Source of the DNA: Octopus sinensis
Lineage: Eukaryota
Length of the DNA: 64,000 nt
Reading direction: 5' to 3'
NCBI RefSeq assembly: GCF_006345805.1
Contig: NC_043006.1
Span: 35,278,001 to 35,342,000 of the forward strand
Under the pieces are notes generated by a model. It saw only the letters and a list, made by a program, of their open reading frames with translations, was not told where the DNA came from and ran no database searches. Position 1 is the stretch's first letter; each line of letters starts with the position of its first letter. Positions 1 to 15,800 of this stretch are shown here, piece by piece. Position numbers and translations under genes: made by a program.

Positions 1-45
1 ACACGCACATACACGCTTTCACAGGAAAAATACTCGCATGCACTT

Positions 46-289
46 TTATCTTTTACTTGTTTCAGTCAATAGACTGCGGCCATGCTGAAGCATCGATTTG
101 AAGAATTTGTACTCAAATGAATCGACCCCAGTACGTATTTTATTTTGAGCCTGATACTTATGCCATCGGTGTCTTTTGCCGGACAGCGACGTAAACACAC
201 CAGCACCAGTTGTGAAGTGGTGGGATGACAAAGACAGGTACAAACACACACTTGAATATATATTTCTGCGTGTGTGTGTGTGTATAGAT

Positions 290-378
<89 letters not shown>

Positions 379-383
379 GAGAG

Positions 384-422
<39 letters not shown>

Positions 423-423
423 C

Positions 424-506
<83 letters not shown>

Positions 507-655
507 CAGACAGCTATACATAGAAAAGATGAGCTTCTTTCAGTTTCCGTCTACCAAATCCTCATGGTCGGCCCCAAGCTATCGTTGAACAGACTTACCA
601 AAGGTGCCACGTAGTACGACTGAACCCGAAATTATGGGATTGAGAAGCACCCCTA
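46..655 (-). mobile_element. Composite tRNA-derived SINE (head + CORE-like block + expanded internal (TA)n/(GATA)n + body/tail)
   Basis: Tail (rc of CTTTTACTTGTTTCAGTCA..GCGGCCATGCT) at 46-240 and head (rc of CTTTCAGTTTCCGTCTACCAAATC..GACTGAACCCG) at ~530-655 flank microsatellites at 290-510. The same parts are contiguous in the copy at 3622-3975. Boundaries approximate. Confidence 0.7.
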
Positions 656-1161
656 TAACACATTGGTAATTCCCCTTCTGAAGAGAATTGCCGTGACGCT
701 ACCTCACAAAAATGTCAAAATCCATTCTGCGTTATACTTCACCTTGATTTTATGTACACGTATATCTATTGTCCAGGTGTTGCACCTGGTTGCATCATAT
801 TTATTGGTGTATCACCAAGTCATAGAATGGCTACTGGAAGCAGCTGTAAAGAGAAGAACTAATTACATCATGGAAATTGTATTCACGTCTCTTCCTATAA
901 ATATATTCCTAATGCCTGAAGACGTATGTCCTCCCCCTACTCCTCCTCCTCCTCATCATCATCATCATCATCATCATCATCACCATCATCAGTAGGAGTA
1001 GCGTTGTTATTATTTAGCGTCCCATTTTCCATGCTCGCGTGGTTTGGCCGGTTCGACGGAAAGCAACAAAGCTGATCACTTTGTACATAAGTGTGTGTGT
1101 GTGTGTATTTGTGTGTGTATGTATACACATATCTACTCATATCTATACACATAGATATACA

Positions 1162-1247
<86 letters not shown>

Positions 1248-1293
1248 TGCATACATATATCGTCTTGTCCTGGTTATGTTTCTACACACACAC

Positions 1294-1347
<54 letters not shown>

Positions 1348-1352
1348 ACATG

Positions 1353-1440
<88 letters not shown>

Positions 1441-1456
1441 TATATATTATATATAT

Positions 1457-1491
<35 letters not shown>

Positions 1492-1818
1492 GTATATTTA
1501 TAAATATATACATATATATATATATATATCTACATACGTTCATGAAGACATATATATATATATATATATATATACAAATATATACGTGCATGCATGTATA
1601 AGGGCATACGTACATATATATATATATATGAGTGTGTGCGCGCGCGCGCGTGTAAAACTTATATCTTCAGAAATCATCATGCATCTAACTTTCTCTTTTC
1701 AGTTAACGCTAATGATTTTGTACCAGCACGGAAGAAAACGGAAGAAAGTACATCCATGACAACCTCCACCAATCCCCGCCCTCCTTCACCACCATCACCC
1801 TACCTTCACGATTATTAC

Positions 1819-1850
<32 letters not shown>

Positions 1851-2281
1851 TGACACCTTCGGCACCAACCACTCTATTGCCCACTCCGCCTACTTCCATG
1901 ATTAACAGCAAGAAGACCATCATTATTAGAGGAGACAAAATTCTTCTGCCGGATGAAGAGAACAATGGTAATAACAATAAAAAGGCTAAAAAGATACAAC
2001 GGAAAAAAGTTTTAATAGATAAAAGCAGAGAGATAAAGATCTGAATAGAAAAGGAACATGAAATATATTTAGCAAATGTATCATCAATCTTCCATATCAG
2101 GTAACGATATATGTTGTAAGTAATATTCATATAATGGACTTGATTTGAAGCCAGTCATGCGGAGGGTGAATATTCCATAAACATTATTCTGTGGGCGTCG
2201 ATTATATCCGGTTATCATATTTATGCAGATGCATACAAACGTAGACATACATATATGCAAATACAGTTACATTAGTAAAAC

Positions 2282-2338
<57 letters not shown>

Positions 2339-2431
2339 GTGTGTGTGTGTGTGTATACATATATATGTGTGCGTGTATGTGTATTTATATACGTATATGG
2401 GTGCGTGTATGTGTATTTATATACATATATG

Positions 2432-2470
<39 letters not shown>

Positions 2471-2496
2471 GTATATAATATATATATATATATATG

Positions 2497-2551
<55 letters not shown>

Positions 2552-2714
2552 AGTATATATGCATATATGTGTGTATATATATATACAGAGAGGGAGAAGG
2601 AAAGAGAGAGATAGAGAGAGATGGATGCATATATGTATGTCTATGTATTTATATATAGGTTTTTGCGTGCGTATTCATATGCATTTAGATATGTGTGTGA
2701 CCGCACATTATCTA

Positions 2715-3010
2715 GAAGTGTGTTTTAGTAGTTAGGACATTCAGCTCACGATCGTAAAGTCGGGAGTTCGATTCCCCGTGGCAAAAGACTTTATTCCACC
2801 TTGCTACTGTCCACTCAGCTGGCCAAAAAGGCATAGTACTTGTAATTGAAAGGCATTGTCGCAAGCGTTACACAATCTGTATGGCACTGAATCTCTCTGA
2901 GAACTTCGTTAAAGGTACGAGTGTGTGCGGTGTGTTCAGCCACTTGTATGTGAATTTTATGAGCAGGCTGTTCCGTTGATTGGATCAACTGGAATACTAG
3001 TCGTTCTAAG
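2715..3010 (+). mobile_element. Degenerate tRNA-derived SINE
   Basis: A-box-like TAGTAGTTAGG and B-box-like GAGTTCGATTCC followed by non-tRNA body; boundaries approximate. Confidence 0.5.
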
Positions 3011-3275
3011 CGACACTGGACCAGTTACGTAACAATCAATCCCCACTCATGAGTAACTCAAGTTGCTAACCGTGAGCTATAAAAAATGTTTTGAGCTTCC
3101 CGAAGTTGGAAATACCAAACACCTACAAACGTCGACGTCAATAAATTATTATCGTTCATGAAAGTTGTTTTAAACCTACCACGGACTGGTCGAAGCTTAG
3201 AAACTTCCTACGTTTAAATCCTGGGATCCTATAATTACACACACACGCGTTTGCACACACACACACAAACAAACA

Positions 3276-3325
<50 letters not shown>

Positions 3326-3621
3326 CACACACACATGCAATAAACCCACATGTGCACACTACAACAGCGTTATACTTAGTAGCGGGCATTTTATCATAAA
3401 CCTAGAAATGACCCTCCCTCCCATGGCTAAGGAATATAATTTTGGTTCAGGAAATCAGTGAGCTACCCTTCGGAGAGACTGAGCTGATACTGCAGACAGT
3501 CTACCCTCAATACATAGGGTGTCACACTGATTCTGATTCAGTAGAGACAGCGGTGAATAAACTGTCGTCTAAATTACGCGGAAAGGGGAAGAACATTGAC
3601 ATCTCATTGTAACAGATATAC

Positions 3622-3821
3622 TCTTTTACTTGTTTCAGTCATTTGGCTGCGGCCATGCTGGAGCACCGCCTTTAGTCGAGCAAATCGACCCCGGGACTTA
3701 TTCTTTGTAAGCCCAGTACTTATTCTATCGGTCTCTTTTGCCGAACCGCTAAGTGACGGGGACGTAAACACACCAGCATCGGTTGTCAAGCAATGCTAGG
3801 GGGACAAACACAGACACACAA

Positions 3822-3852
<31 letters not shown>

Positions 3853-3975
3853 CGACAGGCTTCCTTCAGTTTCCGTCTACCAAATCCACTCTATAGACAC
3901 TTGCCCAAGATGCCACGCAGTGGGACTGAACCCGGAACCATGTGGTTGGTTAGCAAGCTACTTACCACACAGCCA
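3622..3975 (-). mobile_element. Near-complete composite SINE with short internal (TA)n(TG)n
   Basis: Minus strand reads GGTTCCGGGTTCAGTCCC (B box), CTTGGGCAAGTGTC (CORE-like), TA/TG repeat, body, then tail TGACTGAAACAAGTAAAAG. Many partial copies occur in the window (e.g. 6195-6335, 17335-18115, 27005-27170, 29800-29940, 34490-34660, 52080-52240, 54620-55310, 59235-59395, 60200-60410). Confidence 0.75.
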
Positions 3976-4029
3976 CTCCTTAATTACATTGAAAATTCTT
4001 GATATACTAAAGAGTAACTTTATTCAATA

Positions 4030-4500
4030 AAATCGTCATTGAATTCAAACAAGGGCTCCGGACGACTTCAGCATCTCCTGCACCTTTTCTGGACGGTCTC
4101 CTTCTTTAAGCTGGTGAATGTTGCCATAGTCGTTGCCTTCAGTTCGTCTTTTGTGTTACAAAAAGCTTTGTTGTTCTCTCACTCAACTGTGCCCCACACA
4201 TAATAATCAAGGGTGTTACAGTCTGGGGAGTTAGGTGGCCAGATGTTAAGGGTGATGTGGTTGCAGAAATTGTCTGACAGCCATGACTTGGTTCTCCTGC
4301 TTGTGTAGCATGGTGCAGAGTCCTGTTGCCAGAAATAGGGTCTTCCAGCAGCCACCCTCTTGACCCAGGGCAGCACTACCTCATCCAGGCACTTGATGTT
4401 GACCTCCGTGTTGAGTGTGAGGCCGTGTGGGAAGGTGAAATATCGCCATCACTGGTGAACTCGCCAAACGTCATGATGTCGACTGGATGTTTTTATGTTG
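4030..4500 (-). pseudogene. Tc1/mariner (maT/DD37D-like) transposase fragment
   Basis: Translation contains WQQDSAP...IWPPNSPDCNTLDYYVWGTVE, matching the second and third catalytic Asp motifs; disrupted, no TIRs recognised. Confidence 0.75.
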
Positions 4501-5114
4501 ATAACTTCGGAAAATATAATTCTTCAGCGAATAATTCAGACACCCCAACTGGACGAAAACTAGCAATTTTGTTAATTTTAATATATTTAATGCTGAGATT
4601 ATTGAAAAGCTAACTATATACAAAACTAGCATTAAAGACCCGTCGTTGCTGGGTCATAGTGCTAGTGCATATATATTATGTGTATATATATGCGTACATA
4701 TTACAAGTACATCTATATATATATACATCTACACATAAAATACAAAATACAAGGTTATATCTTGATATCGCTAGTGATAACAATACTCAAAATATATAAC
4801 AGACTAGAATTGTTAGCCTGTCTCTTGTAATTTCGATCAATTGTATCTTGTCCTCCCTCTTGTATAGAAGTGTGGCTACAATCCAGCCTAACTCTACTTC
4901 TTGGGGGGGGGGGGCATTTAAATTTTTGTCTGGGACGTCCTACGATATAAAGGTAAAAATAAAATATCTCCACTTTGCAAGTTCGAGTCGAGTACTCCCT
5001 TGCACGCTCCGTTGACTCGAAACTTGCTTCTATTGTGGCGAATTTACCGCCTCTGATTAGATATCTTTCATAGTCGCACCAAGACACTTTTCGAAGGTGC
5101 TTTCCTCCATGTGT

Positions 5115-6058
5115 TCAAATCTTTTTTCTCTACGTTGCATACACATACGTATATATACACATATATACACATATATACACATGCATGCATACATATACAC
5201 ATACATACACAAACATACACATACATACACCAATGCACATACACACACACCAACACATATACATGCATACACATACATATATACATACACATACATAAAA
5301 ACATACACATATACACACACAAACACATATGGTTTTATATTGCCTGTCTTGTTTTTACACCTGTTGCTTACGTTGTTCGCAAAACAAGTTCGTCTTCGAT
5401 GTAATCCTATTTCATATTTTCGTTGCCTAAAACGCTGCTGCATGTGTACGTGAGATTGTACATACATGCATACACATATATACATATTCATACACACATG
5501 CATATACACACACAAACATACACACAAAAACATACACACACAAACATACACACACAGACATACACATACATAAATACACATACCTACATACACATACAGA
5601 CATGCACATACATGCACAAACACATACATACATACATACACATGCCTACATACACATACATGCACATACATAGACATACATATATACACATACATATATA
5701 ATACAGACATATACATACATACATACATACACACATACACATACTTACATGCATACATGCACATACGTACATACACACATATGCATACATACACATACAT
5801 ACAGGCACATACTTACATACATACATGTAGATACATAAACATACATACATACAGACATACACATTCAGCCATGCACATACAGACATGCACACACTTTTAT
5901 ACACATACATACATACACATACATGCACATACATACATGCACATACAAATACATACATACATTACATACGTACAGACATGCACATACATACACATACACA
6001 TGCATACACATACACATACATACACATACATACATGCACACACACATACACACACATA
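5115..6058. repeat. Long degenerate (CA)/(CATA) microsatellite field
   Basis: Direct inspection. Confidence 0.95.
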
Positions 6059-6335
6059 GTAGGGTTCAAGAATATAACACCTTAATATCTCCTCTTTTCT
6101 CATATTTTATGCCTAAGGCATGTATTTTCTATTCTGGTTTTTACATATTCCTTCTATTAGTACTTTATATTTATATCTATATATATATAAATATAAGCAG
6201 CTTCATTACGAACCACATGGTTCCGGGTTCAGTCCCACTGTGTGGTACCTTGGGCAAGTGTCTTCTACTATAGCCTCGGGCCGACCAACGCCTTGTGAGT
6301 GGATTTGGTAGACGGATACTGAGAGAAGCCGGTCG

Positions 6336-6374
<39 letters not shown>

Positions 6375-6624
6375 ATGTATGTGTGTGTGTGTGTGTAAGT
6401 ATGTTTCTGTGTCAGTGATACATAGTGATACACACACATAGAGATACACATACAGACACCGACCTACATACATATAGACATACATACATACAGGCATACA
6501 TACATACACATACATACATACATACACCGACATACACACACATACGTTCTACGCAAACGTACATATATACACACACGTACATACATACACATGCATACAT
6601 ACATACATGCACATACCTACATGC

Positions 6625-6870
6625 ATATTTTTTTAAATATTGTTTTTTAATAATTTTTTTAATATTTGTTTTTAATATTCTTTTTTTAATATTTTTTGTA
6701 ATAATTTGTTTGTAATATTTTTGTTTTAATATTTTTTTGTAATATTTTTTTGCAATATTTTTTTTGTAATATTTTTTTTTGTAATATTTGTTTGTAATAT
6801 TTTTTTGCAATATTTTTTTTGTAATATTTTTTTTCAAAAATGTTTTTGTCATTTTTTTTGTACTATTATG
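6625..6870. repeat. AT-rich degenerate minisatellite (~13-15 nt unit, TTTTTTGTAATATT-like)
   Basis: Repeated TTTGTAATATTTT units. Confidence 0.8.
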
Positions 6871-6960
6871 CACTGGGGTCGATGTAATTGATTTAGTCCC
6901 TTTGTCTGTCCTTGTTTGTCCCCTGTATGTTTAGCCCCTTGTGGGTAATAAAGAAATATA
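6870..6960 (+). mobile_element. 3' part of a second SINE family (tail TTTAGCCCCTTGTGGGTAATAAAGAAATA)
   Basis: Matches the 3' half of the complete copy at 32009-32230. Confidence 0.75.
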
Positions 6961-6964
6961 TACA

Positions 6965-7545
6965 GCCCCCAAACCAGTGTGATCTCTTACCTCTGAGAAG
7001 AGCTGGATGGAAAGCACTCAGAGTACAAAACAAAAAAAGACAATGCATGGATATGTTGCCCAAGAGCTTAAAGAAGACGGTAGAATCGACACGAAGCGTA
7101 ACCCGTCTTGGACATATCTATATCACATCACACTTTGAAGATTACGCGTTTGCAATCCAGGAACGGGAGATTGTTACAAAGTACCTGGTGAACAAGAGAG
7201 ACAGTGACACTCTTGTAATCCCAAGGTCTAACCGCATATGTAGGCTACGTCATGTTTCTGTGGAAGACATCACGCATGTGATTAGCAGCTGTTCTAAAAT
7301 GTCATCACGGTACTACCTCTCTATGCGGCACGATGTTGTTGCTAAAACAATTTACAATGCCATCCTCAAAAAAGACTGTCCGGAAATATACTTAGAAAAT
7401 CCCTGGTATGGAATACATTCATAAACACCAGCTCAAGGAATACTGGAGGAATATTCTCATCAAAGCTTCTGTCAAATGTAAACATAACACCCCGGATATT
7501 GTTGTTTGGAAATCGTAGTGGAGAAGATATGTTATTGCTGTGGGC
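6965..7545 (+). pseudogene. C-terminal fragment of an RLE-type non-LTR retrotransposon ORF
   Basis: CRLRHVSVEDITHVISSC (degenerate CCHC), RHDVVAK, and downstream KHNTPDIVVW (PD-D/ExK endonuclease motif) in a shifted frame. Confidence 0.75.
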
Positions 7546-7549
7546 TGCC

Positions 7550-7661
7550 CTAGGCAAAAAGTTTAAATTTTTTTGCCGATGACACTCCCCGGACCCTAAG
7601 TAAGTCATATGTAAAATTTGAATGAAATTGGTTGTGTAGTTCTCAAGTTTTAGGGAAACAC

Positions 7662-7696
<35 letters not shown>

Positions 7697-7730
7697 TACA
7701 GACACATTCTCAGTTTTATATATATAAAGA
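7550..7730 (-). mobile_element. Non-autonomous Helitron/DINE-1-like element with internal (CTGT)n
   Basis: Minus strand begins A|TCTTTATATATATAAAACTGAGAA, then (CTGT)n, then CCAATTTCATTCAAATTTT. The same 5' end recurs at 62340-62422. The 3' end is not in a canonical context. Confidence 0.45.
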
Positions 7731-8344
7731 TTACGTCTAGGTATAAAAGCATAATTAATCATTGCTGAATGTTATATTTTAAAATTAATGCAAGTATAAT
7801 TGAAACACATGTCGTGTTGAACAAGATAACAAGCAATACATATGCTAAAACTAGTCTCCCGAACTACCATGATCATCATTTTAGCTATCTCTCCTTAACT
7901 CTCACAAACACTCCTATCTCATTTTCGTTCAATCCTTTTCTCTTTGTGTCTCTCCAAAAAGACATAGACTGTATTTGTGCGAATAACTGATTGCGTCTGT
8001 GTTTTCATTTACAAAGAATATCTTCTCTATGCTCACTTTTATTCGCACAATCAAAACCCACACAGATCTTATTTTCTTTCTTTTACTTTGCGTATTTAAG
8101 TGTGTCATTGTTTAATGTCCTCTCGAAAAACAGTTATTACAGCAGCTTTTAATTCAATCCACTCCATTAAAAATTAGTTATTCATAAACAAACATAAAAA
8201 AGACATTCCTAAAACGAGAAGGAACGAATAGTTATTCAATATTCAGCAGGATTGTGAATTAATTGGAAATTCTGGAGAAGTCGAATGCAGCGTAATTCCA
8301 GAATGTTCAAATGTAAAACACAATTGAGAAAAACAACAAACGTA

Positions 8345-8684
8345 TTGATGATGACGGTAACATAATGCATCATCATCATCATCGTTGTCGTCATCATCAT
8401 CATCGTTGACGTCATTGTCATCATCAGCATCATCGTCATCATCCTCATCATCGTTATTGTTATTGTTGTTATTGTTATTATTATTATTATTATTATTATG
8501 TTTGTTGTTGTTATTAACGTTCATGAGAATATCATCATTATCATCATCATTAATATTAATATTACTATCATCCTCACCATCATAATCTTCTTCCTCCTCC
8601 TCTTCCACTACCTCCTCATCATCATCATCGTCATTCTTATTGGCATTATCATTATATGAAATATTGCTGTTAGTATTGTCGTTA

Positions 8685-8735
<51 letters not shown>

Positions 8736-8739
8736 TTTT

Positions 8740-8774
<35 letters not shown>

Positions 8775-8900
8775 CAGTAGTAGTAGTAGTAGTAGTAGTA
8801 ACAGTATTGTTTTATTATAATTATTATTTTTACTTTTCACTATTATTGTTCTTATAAATATCAGCAGCAGCAGTAGCAACAGTAGCAGCAAGGCAGCATA
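8345..8900. repeat. Mosaic trinucleotide microsatellite (CAT/TAT/TAG/CAG)
   Basis: Direct inspection; similar mosaics at 9650-9805 and 28105-28610. Confidence 0.95.
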
Positions 8901-9301
8901 ATTTTTGCTACGTTGAAAACTTATACTAAAACCGTATTGTAATTTTATATTCATTTTATTTTTATTTCAACATATATAGATGTTTTTAGCACGTTTCTAT
9001 TATTTCTTCTTTTCATTTTACTTCATTCTATTGTGTTATGAAATATAACAGAGAGAGAAGCACTATTGCAGAGAGGTTTCAGTACTTTTAGCAAGGAGTT
9101 GCCATAGGATTGTCGTTGCTATTTAATTATTCCATTATTTTGTTTGTGAGTCAGATGTATTTGAAGTTGTTTTGAGAAATAAAAGAATAAAAGAATAGCG
9201 ATGTTAAGCGGTTGGTTTACTCGTTGCTCGGGAAACGCGCAACTAGTTACTGTTTGGTTGTCTAGGAACACTGCACTACATACACACATACATGCATACG
9301 T

Positions 9302-9454
<153 letters not shown>

Positions 9455-9649
9455 GTAGGTAGAGCAATCAGTGAAGCATCTGTGATTTTGGATCACATTT
9501 GTGTTATCAGTCAAGTAGGTTTATTTAAGAAACAGTGTGTGTGACAGGGTTTGAAGTGTGGCTATTTGAGAAGCCACTTAAGGCCTTTTCAAGGGATCGA
9601 TCAATAATTGTAACAGTTGCATAAAATGAGGAAAAAAAACAATTGCATT

Positions 9650-10263
<614 letters not shown>

Positions 10264-10277
10264 TAATAATAATAATA

Positions 10278-10355
<78 letters not shown>

Positions 10356-10416
10356 AAGAAGGATAGCAAAATCCTGTGGGATGCAATGATCGAGTGTGAT
10401 CACCCGACCACACACC

Positions 10417-11650
<1,234 letters not shown>

Positions 11651-11839
11651 TATAATAGTCCTGATGCAGCGCCAGGCACTAGCTCACCTATCTTCTGATC
11701 TTAAGTAATTGGAAGTGTTATCATGTACATTGTCTTGTCTCGGTCTAAAAGATGGGCTACAGCAAATATTCTCCTCAATACCACGTGCACATGGATGCAA
11801 TTGGCAGTTGTATGTATAGATAATTATTCAATTATTTAA

Positions 11840-12085
11840 CTGTTAAAGAGTTCAGCAATAATATCGGGATGAATTTTAGCCTTGATAAGTGTGTTAAAGC
11901 AACTTTTGTAAGAGGCAAACAGTTTCCGTGAAATTAGATACCGACACTGCTATCAAGGAGCTTGACCTGTAAGAAAGCTATAAATTCTTGAGGATAAACG
12001 AAGCTGATGGTATACAACATGCTACAATGAAGGAAAAAATACGAAAGAAGTATTACAGAAGAATAAGACTCATACAAATAACCAG
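11840..12085 (+). pseudogene. RT-domain fragment of an R4-like LINE
   Basis: VKEFSNNIGMNFSLDKCVKATFVRGK...YKFL...MKEKIRKKYYRRIRLI resembles the region just after YxDD. Confidence 0.55.
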
Positions 12086-12215
12086 TACACAACTGGTTTT
12101 ATCGATCAGAAACGATGAAAAGCAACGTCGACTAGGGCGGAATTTGAACTCAGAGCGTTAAGATGGACGAAATGCAGCTAAGCATTACGCTCGGCGTGCT
12201 TCTCCCATAATAATG

Positions 12216-12282
<67 letters not shown>

Positions 12283-12332
12283 TAATAATAATAATAACAA
12301 CAACAACAACAATAATAATAATAATACTAATA

Positions 12333-12850
12333 ATCTTAACTGATTGGAAGTGTTATCATGTACATTGTTTTGTCTTGGTATAAAAGATGGGCTACAGCAA
12401 ATATTCTGCTCAATACCACAGATTTGTTTGTCAGTTGTTTGACCTTAACCAGTTGAGCATGTCCCTTAGTGGCTGACGATATGTGCATCTTTGATCACGA
12501 GCAGAAATAGTGGGTGAGCATCATAGCCATGTGTTGAGAGGGATTCTTTGGGGTTTGAATAATTCACCTCTGGAAACATGGGTGGTTCTTTCAACATCCT
12601 TAGACAACCCTTATTCAGGGACCTTTTGAGCGGGATGGGCTACTCAACCTGAAGAAAATTCTAACTGGGCCCCACCTGCAAGGTCATGTGCTGTTTATCT
12701 TGATATGAGATCACCATGTCGCGCACATATGGTTGTGATGCATGTGCCTGGTGTACTCTTATCAGACGGGTAGTCATGATGGGTATATTGGGCTTCGTAT
12801 ATTTTACCCCAGTGTCACTTTGATGGCATGAACTGCTCTCTCACTCAATA
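12333..12850. mobile_element. Non-coding interspersed repeat flanked by (TAA)n on both sides
   Basis: A second partial copy lies at ~11690-11785; (TAA)n/(CAA)n tracts abut both ends; no coding signal recognised. Confidence 0.5.
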
Positions 12851-15800
12851 ATAATAACAATAATAATAGTGTTTTTTATTTATGTTTTAGTTGCTCTTAT
12901 TTTTGATGTTGCTTCAACTGTTATTACCATTCCTATCTTTATTGTGTTTTTGACAGGTTGATGCGACTTCCTGCATCCCTGGCTATACCATCTTCTTCCA
13001 GATTTCCCTTCCTAAGATGGAAACATATTCTGAGATGCAAACACATTAATTTATAGCATCCATTTTGCGTTGTTGTTCTGGTCTGGCTTTTTCCGATGTT
13101 AGTTTAGCGTCTCATTTATTGTATAAGATATGTGCAAAGTACATCTTATAATTTCATTGAAAACCGAATACGTTTCAAGTGCTGTTATACAAGGTGTTAT
13201 CCAAGCCTCGGTATCACGCGATGATTATGTAACGAATATGTTCTATAGCTGGCGTAGCATAAATGAGTTGGAGCTGCGTAGAATAGAAATTACATGAGTT
13301 GTTAATGTTGGATCGCGGGTTACTGTTTTAGGTTTGTGTTGTATAATGATATTGGATGTTACCCGTATGTAGTATTTGTTAGGTTGTGTTATTTTATTGG
13401 CAGATTATTCTACAGATTGGGGATTTTGTACAAAGGCTTACGCAGTGGTGGCTCTACCTAGTAGAGCAACAATGTGTAACAATGTGAAAGCTGCTATGCA
13501 TCGTATGTCTTTGTTCATATTTTATCAAACTTAATGCTTCAATTATTATTGATATAGCTTCTACCTTCATGCCTTTTCATGTCCCACATCCTGTTTATTT
13601 CGATTTCGAGATATACAAGTATTTTGGCAGTCTCTTCTTTGAGACAAAGCATATTTTCACTCTGGTTCACTGATTTAATTCCGCTCTGTCAAGCCTTACA
13701 ATATATTGATACTCGGATGTTTTCACTCGCTGTGTTTCCTTCTATATATTCTGAATTCGCATAACAATTTTGTCTTTATTTCTTTCATAATATTTTCAGT
13801 TTATTTTCTATTAAAATGTTTTATTTCAAGCTAGTTTCTCCAGTTTGAATAACACCGTTTGTATGAATATAGGGAATATTTTTTTTCATGTACCTTCATT
13901 GCACTTACCAGCTTATCGTTGTTTAATTCAAAGTATTTCTTTAGCTTTACTGTTGTTATTTTGTAGTAGATTGTTACATGTATGAGACACGTGTTTTCTA
14001 TTAATACCAAATTTGGGGCACGGAATTTAGAACGCTGTTAGATATTTACTATATTTTTTGTGTCTCAGCTCGAAAATACACTTAGCCTCTAATAAATTAT
14101 GTCGAAGCTGTTATTTATAACTTGGATATGTGTGTATTTATAGCTACTATAATCTTGGTTTTAGTTTGTAAAAATAGATTAACTTTTCGTTCTATATTTT
14201 CTACACCATTTAGTTCCGTGTATTGTGTTTCATCAGTTTCCTAGGTATTTGCCTTGGAGCTTCTGGTCTAACTCTCTGATTTAGCAGTCGATATCAAATT
14301 TTGCATGTTTGGTCCTGCTTTAATTTCTTTCTCTTTTTATGGTACAGTTGTGTGATTCCATACTCAATTCTATGGCTAGTTTGAAATTGGGAACAGCTTT
14401 TATTCTCATTGATCGATTAGTTGCCTTCATATCAATTACCATCGCCAGCAACAGCGTACAACCACGTGGAGATGGATTGTTGAGGTATGGTTTCTGAGCG
14501 ATGTTGTTCGTGTCTGGAGTTCGAGCGAGTGAGAACAGGGTACGTTCTTTAGTTTTCTGAATGTTTTGCAGGGAAGACAACCAAACGCATCGTAATTTAT
14601 TCACTTTTGTAACTCCTCACCTGAACATGTTATGTTTGATATTCGATTGTCACTCCTGCATTTTTTTCCTTTTCACATTACCACATTCACCGGATCAGTA
14701 ACACCAACTTCCACTTTAGAAACTCTTTTCCAGGCACCTCCAACAAAATATATTCCTTTCAATGTTTCCTCTGTAATTTAATCAATATCGGGAAAACTGA
14801 CTGCAGACAATCCGACATGTTCTTGGAGAACCTCAGAGACATTGAACTTGGCAACATTTCGCGTATCAACATTTCTACTCTCGCAACCGCAACACCTAAT
14901 ATTTTTCGGTTTACGAGTTGACTTTCAAATCCGAGGCCCCACCATCCTCTTCCAGATGGAGCAGTAGCTTATTTTCTCTCGCCAACTTACATCCCATTCG
15001 GCTTGAATTCACCACTCCAATTCATCTAGCTTGTATTTTCTCCCCTACTGTTTCAGTTATACACATCTCTGCTACCTGCTCAGCCTTCCTCCACAGTGCT
15101 TCGGAGCATCCACTCACATCATCCCCTCTATCTTCTTCACAATCCTCACCAACTTCAAAGCTACGCGCACACCCTTAAAACCAACACATATTGTTACTAC
15201 ACACACAAAATCTTCTACGATACCTGCCGCATACATTCATATATCTTCCCCTCCTCTTTTGGTCAACAGGTTTGTGTATCACCGCTTCCTTACGACCCTC
15301 TCCCCTTTTCACTCCCTCTTTATTGACACCCACGCGCACCCATACGAATTACCTCCCCTTTTACTTTCCTCTTTTCTGCCTGCACTATTTGTTCAAAGAA
15401 ACTACTTTTATCTCCACTCCGTCATATTTTTATATCACATGAGTGCTAAAAATCATTATTACTTCAGTGTTGCCAGTTCCACCTTTAAACCTTTTCGACA
15501 AATCTCTTTCTCTTCCGTGTACTTTACTACATTCTCACTACAGTTATCTCCATTCTGTGGATTTTCCGAGTTCTTTACCATCCTTTGGATAATAAGCCTC
15601 TACCGACATTTTCAATTTTCCTTTTCTAACATTTGGCCTTGATTTTATTCTCTTCACAGAACTCTGCATGTTCTCCCTTTCACACGCTTTACTTTAAAAC
15701 TCCCTATTATACTCGCCCCCGCTCTCATTTTCCAATAGATACAATATATTACCACTCATTTATCTGATTTTCGACCAGACGTATCTCTTAGTTCTCCTTT

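Noticed and set aside
1908-2100. Possible exon bounded by AG and CAG|GTAACG
   Set aside because: All three frames contain stops; no homology recognised
8237-8320. Short Cys-containing frame (QDCELIGNSGEVECSVIPECSNVKHN*) after an AG
   Set aside because: Weak acceptor, too short, no recognisable domain; RNA-seq would be needed
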